This document shows positions 35,501 to 42,042 of a stretch of DNA of 50,033 bases, piece by piece. The notes beneath the pieces were generated by a model, which was not told the origin of the DNA, made no database searches, and saw only the letters and a program-made list of their open reading frames with translations. Positions within the stretch are counted from its first letter, which is position 1; every line of letters begins with the position of its first letter. This stretch comes from an uncultured Armatimonadia bacterium (GTDB taxonomy: Bacteria; Armatimonadota; Zipacnadia; Zipacnadales; UBA11051), in the NCBI GenBank assembly GCA_964653205.1, contig CAZZDO010000002.1, forward strand, positions 1 through 50,033, written 5' to 3'. The position numbers and the translations under genes are program-made.

Positions 35501-37196
35501 CCGCATACGGCAACGGACCGTCGGGCCAGTGGTCCACCGTCACGCGTGTGCCATACACGCCCGCGGCCGCCAGCGCGTCCCGCGACTGCGCCACGCGCGC
35601 GGGGTCGCTGTCCACGCCGTAGATCGTCAACTCCGAACGCTTCGCCAACTCGCAGGCCAGACGCCCGGTGCGGCTGCCGAGGACGAGACAATAGCCGCGC
35701 TTGACGCCCGAGAGCTTCAGGATGCTCTCGGCGGCGGCCTCGAAGACGGGGGTCATCGCGTCGCGGGGAAAGCCCTGTAGGGCGGAGGTCTGTAGGGCGG
35801 GGACTTGTACCCCGCCCCCCGCCGCGAAGCACACGATGGCCCCGCCCGCGGTGCTCACCAGCAGGCGCTTGTCCGCCACCGTCAGACCCCGCGCGACGCC
35901 CTGCAGGGCCCCCGACCACAGCTGCTCCCCGGTCTTCGCGTTGAGGGCCAGGACTTCGTTCTCGCCGCCCGCGAACAGCGTGTCCCCGGCGACGATCATG
36001 GTCTCGAGCTTCTGGCGCTCGAAGCGGAAGCGCGTGCAGGCGTCCACGTCGGCCTGCGCCTGTTTCTCGTCGGCGTTGATGGCGTCGAGCTTCTGCTGGT
36101 AGTCGGCGGGCTTGGGGCGTATCTGGTTGAGCGCAGTGCGGCGGAAGCGGGAGTTGATGAGCCGGCGACTGGCCTCGGGGTACTTCACGCGGTCCAGGGC
36201 CGTGATCCCGGCATCGTTGAGCATGTAGGAGGTGTCGGCGGTGACCAGCAGGCGCTTGCCGGGGAACCAGGCGAAGCCCTGCGCGCCGGTGCTCTGCTCG
36301 TAGCCGATGATCTGCCCCGTCCCCCCGTACAGCTTGTCATCGGCCAGCAGCGCGTACGTCCCGCCGACAACGCCGTAGTTCCAGCGCCCGTCGCCGCGCT
36401 GGTAGAGGAACTTGCCATCGTCCCGGTTGAAGGCGGCGGGGAGGCTGCGGCCCGAGGGCACATACAGCGTCGTCTTGGAAGCCAGCAGGTAGCCCTGCGG
36501 CGAGACATTGCCGGTGCCGCCCAGTTGGTCGTCCACGGTGTCGTTGGTCCACAGGACCGAGCCGTCGGCGGCGTTGGCCGCGCCGATGTAGACCCGCTCG
36601 CCGGGGAAGATCCCTGCGGTGTAGTAGACGACGCCGCCGTCCACGATGAGCCCCGTGCGCACCGGCCACATCGAGATCATGCGGCCGTGACCCAGCAGGC
36701 GCTCGGGCGTGGGCCCGACGAGCCGCTGCCACACGAGCTTGCCATCCGCGGCGCTCACGCAGTAGAGGTTGCCGTCATCGGACCCGAAGTACAGGCGGCC
36801 CCCGTCGTAGACGGGCGCGAGGCGCACCGGGCCGTCGGCGACGAAGCGCCAGCGCACCTGCCCGGTCACGGCATCCAGGGCGCAGACATAGTTGCCCGTC
36901 GAGGAGCCGTAGAAGACCATCCCGGCAGCGGCGGTGGTGTAGAAGGCATCATCGAACTTCGCCTTGGGGGGCTCGAGCACGCCCTCGACGGGGACAGGCT
37001 GGGGATCAGCCCAGGCGGCTTCCGGAGGGGAGGGGGGCTGATGCAGCCAGTGCGGGGACAGCGGCAGGGGGACCTGCTCCCCGCTGACCCCGCTGCGCGC
37101 CATGTCATGCTGATAGGTGGGCCAGTCCTCAGCCCAGCCGGGCGACGTTAGAACCAGAACCAGCGGCACGACCGCAGCCGACAGCAACGTCCTCAC
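32550..37196 (-). CDS. 1548-aa secreted multidomain protein: PQQ-like beta-propeller, class I methyltransferase-fold module, second PQQ-like propeller, malectin-like domain, DNRLRE-like C-terminal domain
   Basis: GTG start with a GGAGG RBS and signal peptide MRTLLSAAVVPLVLVLTSPGWA. Repeated PQQ/BamB-like blades are present (GQVRWRF, GKLVWQR, GSVLWTN, GEQLWSG, GLPYWER, GKRVWQR, GALLWTK). The methyltransferase-fold motifs are GYCLVLGSRTGRLA, TIYGVDSD and LKPCGGVLCL. The malectin-like segment is KRAFDIKLQGKTVEQGFDALAAAG..VDDELKIEL. The DNRLRE-like segment is ALADAYVSAGAGTTNYGHSANLLVDGG..IGLLRFPL..EPWDENKVTYKDRP. Confidence 0.8.
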   Translation of the reverse strand: MRTLLSAAVVPLVLVLTSPGWAEDWPTYQHDMARSGVSGEQVPLPLSPHWLHQPPSPPEAAWADPQPVPVEGVLEPPKAKFDDAFYTTAAAGMVFYGSSTGNYVCALDAVTGQVRWRFVADGPVRLAPVYDGGRLYFGSDDGNLYCVSAADGKLVWQRLVGPTPERLLGHGRMISMWPVRTGLIVDGGVVYYTAGIFPGERVYIGAANAADGSVLWTNDTVDDQLGGTGNVSPQGYLLASKTTLYVPSGRSLPAAFNRDDGKFLYQRGDGRWNYGVVGGTYALLADDKLYGGTGQIIGYEQSTGAQGFAWFPGKRLLVTADTSYMLNDAGITALDRVKYPEASRRLINSRFRRTALNQIRPKPADYQQKLDAINADEKQAQADVDACTRFRFERQKLETMIVAGDTLFAGGENEVLALNAKTGEQLWSGALQGVARGLTVADKRLLVSTAGGAIVCFAAGGGVQVPALQTSALQGFPRDAMTPVFEAAAESILKLSGVKRGYCLVLGSRTGRLACELAKRSELTIYGVDSDPARVAQSRDALAAAGVYGTRVTVDHWPDGPLPYADYFANLIVSEETLTTGELPTSQADIIGHLKPCGGVLCLGQAGKAKVTRAALTGCISSDEMGKPTVSTAGGLWATWTRGPLPGAGQWTHQYGDPGNTASSTDTALKCPLGVLWYGEPGPDKVPSRHAGNAAPLTINGRVYLQGINRIMCFDAYNGLPYWERELPGAYRVGMVYEASNIVCDEQSLFVAVGKQCLRLSAETGETMQTYELPPTPGEGDPKWGWLALVGKTLYGSVSRKGQESSLIFALDVANGKGRWTFAGERIRNNTICLSEGRLFCADAAVTPAQRTEALQDKIKEIMATGKISAAEAEKQLTSADVRLVTALDAATGKRVWQRPVDLTDCGPHVLIAIATRGVVVFCGAHADGHYWPQFLGGEYGARRATVLSAADGALLWTKAIGYRIRPLVVGDELIAEPWAFDLKTGQQKMRPHPLTGMESPWQFERPGHHCGCISGSPNGLYYRSWSLAYYDRLRDNGTENFGGQRPGCWINMIPANGLLVVPEASSGCICLISIHCTTVFKPRETDKAWGTFSTAGDCLPVKQVALNLGAPGDRRADDGTLWLSFPRPWGRMALSLKPTVSYVKGGGVFGAASETSTFTGTNLPWVYASGCRGLAAMTVPLVGPLDGPAEYTVRLGFTETDNPAPGKRAFDIKLQGKTVEQGFDALAAAGKTRAVIVREFKGIRVDDELKIELAGAAKEPAPEQMPILNSVQIIRERVLHIGTAVPKLSVSDPQPSAEGKVEFSNRTERDFVGTVRLTVPDGLAVTPASFPLKLATNEQAAQTVKLTVARKGAPVSGALKVQLVRQDGTVETEREAAVEYLGARGRITFRALADAYVSAGAGTTNYGHSANLLVDGGNSTMGDESHNIGLLRFPLNVPGRIVSVRFRIHTAASEASESNDSGRICVIDEPWDENKVTYKDRPKPGAEVGRLGKVGRDAWEERELKVDLAGRTELSLMLDPTSCDGANYISREGQVPAELVVEYEAAP
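35775..35818. repeat. REP-like unit (plus a partial tandem head) embedded in-frame in the propeller-protein gene
   Basis: 35791-35818 reads TGTAGGGCGGGGACTTGTACCCCGCCCC, identical at 27 of 28 positions to 50006-50033. The partial head CTGTAGGGCGGA lies at 35775-35786. On the coding (minus) strand this translates as GGGVQVPALQTSALQG, between propeller 1 and the methyltransferase-fold module. Confidence 0.6.
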
Positions 37197-37335
37197 GAAG
37201 CGTCACCTCCGGTGACGACAGGCCGAGTGAACTCCTTCTCCGGATTCGCCGAACGATGCCGGTATCCTGCCCCCCGGCAGGACTTTCTGTCGGCGGGGGC
37301 GAACTCGCTATGAAGCCGCTTCACGTGGTGATGCC

Positions 37336-38517
37336 ATGAATCTGCGTTCCACAGTGCCGTTCCTGTCTCTCCTCTGGGCCGCGACGCAGGTCTGTTCCTG
37401 CCCGTACTCCATCCGCGACTCCGGGTTCATCATCCGTGATCCCGTGCCGTACCGGCTGATCTGGCTCAGCCACGGCGCCGCACCCGAGGCCCTCGCCGCG
37501 ACGCAGTTGGTCCACGACAAGATCGCCGCGCAGGTCTTCGACGAGGCCAATGTCCGGCCCGAGTTGCTCGACACCAAACGCGAGCCCCAGCATCCCCTCC
37601 GCAGCAAGCTCGAAGCGCTGGCCACCGCGGACGGGCAGGTCTTCCTCGCCGCGCCTGACGACCGGGTGACGGAGCCGCCACTCTCGCCCTCCAGCATCAT
37701 GGAGAAGGCGCTCACCGAGATGTTCCAGCAGACGGTGGACTCCCCCAAGCGCCGGGAGATCGTGCAGGACCTCATCACCCACTGGTGTGTGGTGGTTGTT
37801 ATCGAGGGCGCTGACCCGGCGCAGAGCGCCGCCGTCGTGAAGGCCGCCGCGGCGGCCGCCGATCAACTCGTGGGCTTCAAGCCCGAGATGGGTGACCCGA
37901 TCCAGGCGGCGCCGCCCGTGATCCGCGTCCGGGCCGATGACCCGGCCGAGCGCATCATGCGCTGGAGTGTGGGGTTGGAGGAGGGCGACCCGAAGGAGAC
38001 CCGGGCGGCGGTGCTGTTCGGCAAGGGGCGGCGCGTTGGGCCGGTGCTCACCGCGGCGCAGGCGACCGAAGGGCGCTTCCTCGAGTTATTCCGTTTGCTC
38101 GGCAAGAACTGCACTTGCACCGCCGACCCCACGTGGCTGCTGGGGCCGGCGCTGCCGCTGAACTGGGGGCGCGACCTCCGCCAGCAGGTCCGTGTGGCCC
38201 TGGGCTTCGACCCCGACAACCCCAACGTGGCCGCGACGCTGTCGGGAGCATGGAAGAACTTCCGCGCCCGCGACTCGGCGCTCGTGCCGGGCGAGACCGT
38301 GCCGGACCCGACGACAGGCTACATGGAGTTCAACCTGCAGCAGGAGGCTACGCCGCCGACGCAGCAGGCCGACCCCGATGCGCCCCGCGACGGCCAGCAG
38401 GGCATGAACCTGGAGCGGCGCAGTTGGCGCGCGGCCGCGGTCGCCGGCGGGGCCATTGCCGTGGTCGCTCTCGGCGGCTCGGCTCTCGTAGCCTGGCTCA
38501 ACCGGAGGCGCGCCTGA
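37336..38517 (+). CDS. hypothetical membrane-anchored exported protein with two CxC motifs
   Basis: 393 aa. The N-terminal signal-like MNLRSTVPFLSLLWAATQV is followed directly by C20-S-C22-P. A second motif, C259-T-C261 (GKNCTCTADP), follows later. The C-terminal TM segment is AAVAGGAIAVVALGGSALVAWL, followed by NRRRA. Its stop overlaps the next start as TGATG. I recognised no family. Confidence 0.6.
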   Translation: MNLRSTVPFLSLLWAATQVCSCPYSIRDSGFIIRDPVPYRLIWLSHGAAPEALAATQLVHDKIAAQVFDEANVRPELLDTKREPQHPLRSKLEALATADGQVFLAAPDDRVTEPPLSPSSIMEKALTEMFQQTVDSPKRREIVQDLITHWCVVVVIEGADPAQSAAVVKAAAAAADQLVGFKPEMGDPIQAAPPVIRVRADDPAERIMRWSVGLEEGDPKETRAAVLFGKGRRVGPVLTAAQATEGRFLELFRLLGKNCTCTADPTWLLGPALPLNWGRDLRQQVRVALGFDPDNPNVAATLSGAWKNFRARDSALVPGETVPDPTTGYMEFNLQQEATPPTQQADPDAPRDGQQGMNLERRSWRAAAVAGGAIAVVALGGSALVAWLNRRRA

Positions 38518-39656
38518 TGTCCCCCTGGCTCCTGATGCTGCGTGAGATGCGGCTGCGCTGGCTGAACTTCGCGCTGGCGCTGCTGGCCGTGGCCGGCGCG
38601 GCGGCGCTGGTCGTGGCGCTGGCCGGCATGGGCCGCGCCGCCAACGTCGAGACCAAGCGCCTGATGCGCAACCTCGGCTTCAACCTGCTCGTGCTGCCGG
38701 GTCAGGCCGACCTGGCGCAGTATTGGGCCACTGACACTGTCAAGGGCGACATGCCCCAATCCTACGTGCAGAAACTGGCGCAGACCCGGGGCATTGGGGC
38801 GGACCACTACGTCGCTACCCTCCAGCAGCGCCTGTCGTGGCGCGGCCTGCAGGTCGTGCTGACCGGCATCCTGCCCGAACGCAACGCCGTGGACGCCGGC
38901 GACAAGGCCCCGATGGGCTACAGCGTCGGACCCGGCGAGTGCTTCATCGGCTATGCCATCGCCAAGGCTCTCGGCCTCAAGGAAGGGCAGGAGATCGAGA
39001 TCGCGGGGGTGCGGCTGAAGATCGCCCGCTGCATGGTCGAGGACGCCAGCAAAGAGGATGTGCGCATCTACACGCACCTGATGGACGCCCAGAGGATCCT
39101 GAAGCTGCCGAACCGGATCAACACCATCCAGGCGCTGGGGTGCCTGTGCAAGGGCGGGGAACTGGAGATTCTGCGCGGCCGCATCGCCAAGGTCCTGCCC
39201 GACACGTATGTCACGCAACTCCAGAACATCGCAACCGCCCGCATGCAGACGCGGCACATGGTCGAGCAGAACGCGGGGGTCGTGGTGAGCGTCGTGGTGC
39301 TCACCGCGGCGCTGTGGGTGGCGCTGCTGGCCTGGCTGAACGTGCGGGAGCGGCGGCAGGAGATCGGCGTCATGCGCGCTCTGGGCTTCGGATCGTGCCA
39401 CGTCGCTGTGATGTTCCTCGGGCGGGCGGTGCTGATCGGCGCGGTGGGGGCGCTCCTTGGCTTTGCGGTGGGCACGTGGCTGGCCGGCCAGTATGGGGCC
39501 GACATCTTCAAGCTGACCTTCGCCAAGGTGAAGCCGGCGATGGACCTGTTGCCCCGGACGGTGTTCGGGGCGGTGCTCATCACGGCCCTGGCCAGCCTGC
39601 TGCCGGCGATGATCGCCGTGACCCAGGACCCGGCGCGGACGCTGACGGAGGAATGA
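38517..39656 (+). CDS. ABC transporter permease, FtsX/MacB-type
   Basis: ORF 38115..39656. ATG at 38517 has GGAGG 8 nt upstream and gives MSPWLLMLREMRLRWLNFALALLAVAGAAALVVAL (TM1). A periplasmic domain of about 200 aa follows, then three C-terminal TM segments (..VVVSVVVLTAALWVALLAWLNVRERRQEIGVMRALG..), the typical FtsX topology. Confidence 0.8.
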   Translation: MSPWLLMLREMRLRWLNFALALLAVAGAAALVVALAGMGRAANVETKRLMRNLGFNLLVLPGQADLAQYWATDTVKGDMPQSYVQKLAQTRGIGADHYVATLQQRLSWRGLQVVLTGILPERNAVDAGDKAPMGYSVGPGECFIGYAIAKALGLKEGQEIEIAGVRLKIARCMVEDASKEDVRIYTHLMDAQRILKLPNRINTIQALGCLCKGGELEILRGRIAKVLPDTYVTQLQNIATARMQTRHMVEQNAGVVVSVVVLTAALWVALLAWLNVRERRQEIGVMRALGFGSCHVAVMFLGRAVLIGAVGALLGFAVGTWLAGQYGADIFKLTFAKVKPAMDLLPRTVFGAVLITALASLLPAMIAVTQDPARTLTEE

Positions 39657-39657
39657 C

Positions 39658-40344
39658 GTGATCCGACTGGAGCAGGTGAGCAAGCAGTTTCCCGGACGGC
39701 GGGGGCCCGTGCGGGCGCTCGACGGCGTGGACCTGCAGATCGCGGACGGGGAGTTCGTGGCGGTGCGCGGCCCCAGCGGCAGCGGGAAGTCCACACTGCT
39801 GCTGACCCTCGCCGGCATGATCCAGCCGACGGCGGGTACGGTCACGGTCAACGATCGCAGCCTATACGCCCTCAGCGGGCAGGGCCGCTCGCGTTTCCGC
39901 GCCGAGAACGTCGGCTTCGTCCTCCAGATGTTCCACCTGGTGCCGTACCTGAACGTGCTGGAGAACGTGGCGCTGCCGGGGCGGCTGGTGCGCGTAGGCG
40001 CGGACGTCCCGGACGCACGATGTCGCGCGCGCGGACTATTGGAGCGCTTCGGCTTGCAGGACCGGCTCGAGCACACCCCGGCGGAGCTGAGCACCGGTGA
40101 GCGCCAGCGGACGGCCATCGCCCGGGCGCTGCTCAACGATCCGTGGCTGCTGCTGGCCGATGAGCCGACCGGCAACCTGGACACCGAGACCGGCGCCTCC
40201 GTGATGGACTGCCTCACTGAGCTACATCGCGCGGGGAAGACGATCGTGCTGGTGTCGCACGACCCGGGGGTGGACGCGCACGCCGGGCGGGTGCTCAAGC
40301 TGCGGGCGGGCCGGCTGGAGGGGTCTGTCCCCGCAGGGGGCTGA
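39658..40344 (+). CDS. ABC transporter ATP-binding protein (LolD/MacB-type)
   Basis: Motifs: Walker A GPSGSGKSTLL, Q-loop, signature LSTGERQRTAIARAL, Walker B LLLADEPTGNLD, H-loop VLVSHD. The GTG start is 1 nt after the permease stop, with a GGAGGAA RBS. Confidence 0.9.
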   Translation: MIRLEQVSKQFPGRRGPVRALDGVDLQIADGEFVAVRGPSGSGKSTLLLTLAGMIQPTAGTVTVNDRSLYALSGQGRSRFRAENVGFVLQMFHLVPYLNVLENVALPGRLVRVGADVPDARCRARGLLERFGLQDRLEHTPAELSTGERQRTAIARALLNDPWLLLADEPTGNLDTETGASVMDCLTELHRAGKTIVLVSHDPGVDAHAGRVLKLRAGRLEGSVPAGG

Positions 40345-40422
40345 CCCCGCAGAAAGGCGCCGCAGAATGGGGTCAGCCCCCTGCGGAGACGGTGCGGCCG
40401 TCTCCTCCGGGGACAGACCCCT
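40319..40422. repeat. 104-nt nested palindromic element (three-stem structure) filling the gap between convergent genes; probable bidirectional terminator / REP-like element
   Basis: The outer stem pairs AGGGGTCTGTCCCC (40319-40332) with GGGGACAGACCCCT (40409-40422). Inner stem A pairs GCAGGGGGCTGACCCC (40333-40348) with GGGGTCAGCCCCCTGC (40369-40384) and is perfect over 16 bp. Inner stem B is GGAGACGG-tgcgg-CCGTCTCC (40385-40405). The last 7 codons and TGA of the ABC ATPase lie inside the element. Confidence 0.55.
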
Positions 40423-40427
40423 GATCG

Positions 40428-40835
40428 CTACTGCGGCGCGGTCATGACCAGCCGCCCGTGCTTGACGCCGCGCGTGCTGATCAGGTTGTCCGCGATCTCC
40501 CGCACCCGCGCCGAGGCCCCGGACAAGACGATCACCTCGACGCAGTTGTGGTGATCCAGGTGCACATGGGTGCTGCAGCGGATCGCGTCATGGTGGTCGT
40601 GCTGCAGGTCCGTCAGGCGGTCCTCCAGCAGGCGCGAGTGGTGGTCGTACATGATCGTGACGGTCCCGATGACGTTGGCGTCGGGAAGCTGCACCTGTTG
40701 CTCGACCAGGTAGTCGCGAATGACGTCGCGGATCGCCTCGGAACGGTTCTGGTAGCCCGCCTGCCCGATCCGCTGGTCGAAGGCGGCGAGCAAGTCGCCG
40801 TCCATGGATACGCTGAAACGCTCCAGGTCCGCCAT
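40428..40835 (-). CDS. nikR: nickel-responsive transcriptional regulator NikR (ribbon-helix-helix + ACT-like Ni-binding domain)
   Basis: ORF 40428..41090. ATG at 40835 has AAGGA upstream and gives the RHH domain MADLERFSVSMDGDLLAAFDQRIGQAGYQNRSEAIRDVIRDYL. The C-domain QHDHHDAIRCSTHVHLDHHNCVEVIVLSG aligns with E. coli [29 protein letters not shown], so the H-x-H and Cys Ni ligands are conserved. Confidence 0.85.
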   Translation of the reverse strand: MADLERFSVSMDGDLLAAFDQRIGQAGYQNRSEAIRDVIRDYLVEQQVQLPDANVIGTVTIMYDHHSRLLEDRLTDLQHDHHDAIRCSTHVHLDHHNCVEVIVLSGASARVREIADNLISTRGVKHGRLVMTAPQ

Positions 40836-41113
40836 GTCGCTCACGTCCTTATCGGGTCGTCGTACCGCCGCAACGGAGTATTCGGCGGGGGCCTGCCCCA
40901 CACCTTGCCGTTCTGACGGGTAACGATGCGCACCGGCAAACGTAAGCAACCTCGGAAGCCCCTCCTGGGGCGCAATCCCATCCACTATCGGCACATCACC
41001 GACGGGGGGATCAAGGGCGGGCCGTTCGGCGGCTCCAAACGCGAGCAGCGCCGGCGCGAACGCCGCCGGCAGCGGCTGGTCATGCGGCACGACGGGGGCG
41101 ATCGGGAGTGAGC

Positions 41114-42025
41114 ATGACTGCCCGCGAGCGAGTGCGGATGGCCCTGCGCCACGAGGAAGCCGACCGCGTGCCGTACAACCTGCGGCCCTCGCCGGAGGCT
41201 GTGGCGCGCCTTCGGGGAGAAGCGGGCCCGGTCGAGTTCGCGGATCACTTCGAGCATGACGTCCGCTATGTGGGGCTGGCCCTGCCGGAAGCCTCCGGCG
41301 AGCCGGGCGACCGCACGCCGCTGCCCACGCCCGAGGCCATCGCGGCTGTCGCCGAGGCGGCCGCGCGCTTCCACGAGCGCGGCCTGGCCGTCTGCGGCGC
41401 GTACTTCTGCGGCGTCTTCGAGCAGGCCAAGCATTGGATCGGCGACGCCGAGACGCTGATCGCGCCTCACGACGACCCGCGCGGCTTCGCGGCGCTGCTC
41501 GACGAGATCACCGAGTGGAAGAGCGGCCTGTATGGCGCCTACGCCGCGAGCGGTGTGGACCTCGTCTGGATCGGCGATGACCTGGGCACACAGCGCTCGC
41601 TGGTGATGAGCCCGGCGCATTACCGCCAGTGGTATCGCCCGCGCCACGAGCGTATCATCGCCCACGTCCGCGCCCGCGGCGATGTGAGGATCGCGTTCCA
41701 CTGCTGCGGCCATGTGACGCCGCTGATCCCGGACCTGATCGAGATCGGGATAGACGTGCTCGAGGCCGTGCAGGCCGAAGCGATGGACCTCGCGTTCCTG
41801 AAGCGCGAGTACGGCCGCGACCTGGCCTTCTGGGGCGGGGTGGGGGCCCAGAGCGTTCTGGCGCGCACGACGCCGGAGCAGGTCATCACCGGCGTGCGGG
41901 AGACGCTGGCGATCATGGCCCCCGGCGGCGGCTACCTCGCGGCCCCCTGCCACACGCTGACCGATGAAGTCTCCTGGGAGGCCATCGTGGCCTTCCACGA
42001 GGCGGTGCGAGAGCACCGGTACTGA
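41114..42025 (+). CDS. URO-D family protein, paralog 3, MtaA/MtbA-like (retains H-x-C...C motif)
   Basis: ORF 41108..42025. ATG at 41114 has GGGAG 5 nt upstream. The N-terminus is MTARERVRMALRHEEADRVPY. IAFHCCGHVTPLIPDLIEIGIDVLEAVQ and GGGYLAAPCHTL fall at the positions of the His/Cys zinc ligands of corrinoid-dependent methyltransferases of this family. Confidence 0.7.
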   Translation: MTARERVRMALRHEEADRVPYNLRPSPEAVARLRGEAGPVEFADHFEHDVRYVGLALPEASGEPGDRTPLPTPEAIAAVAEAAARFHERGLAVCGAYFCGVFEQAKHWIGDAETLIAPHDDPRGFAALLDEITEWKSGLYGAYAASGVDLVWIGDDLGTQRSLVMSPAHYRQWYRPRHERIIAHVRARGDVRIAFHCCGHVTPLIPDLIEIGIDVLEAVQAEAMDLAFLKREYGRDLAFWGGVGAQSVLARTTPEQVITGVRETLAIMAPGGGYLAAPCHTLTDEVSWEAIVAFHEAVREHRY

Positions 42026-42042
42026 TGGAGATGCCTGGTGGA

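Noticed and set aside
37197-37335. I searched for NikR operators (GTATGA-N16-TCATAC or GTGTTAC-N13-GTAACAC types) upstream of the CxC/ABC operon and upstream of nikR.
   Set aside because: I found only short generic palindromes: CGTCACC-tcc-GGTGACG at 37201-37217, CCTGCC-cccc-GGCAGG at 37266-37281, CACGTG at 37322-37327, and CCGCCG-N12-CGGCGG at 40865-40888. None resembles a known NikR box, so I make no regulatory call.
40926-41111. A 61-aa highly basic ORF (MRTGKRKQPRKPLLGRNPIHY...) in the nikR / URO-D divergent spacer.
   Set aside because: It has no convincing RBS. Its composition is typical of a spurious high-GC frame, and it overlaps the start of the downstream gene. A real small protein cannot be excluded without expression data.
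40836-41113. Possible cobalamin or other riboswitch upstream of the MtaA-like URO-D gene, and upstream of the 46209 operon (46045-46208).
   Set aside because: I could not recognise a B12-box-like core or any other conserved riboswitch core by eye. A covariance-model scan (Rfam/Infernal) would be needed to settle it.
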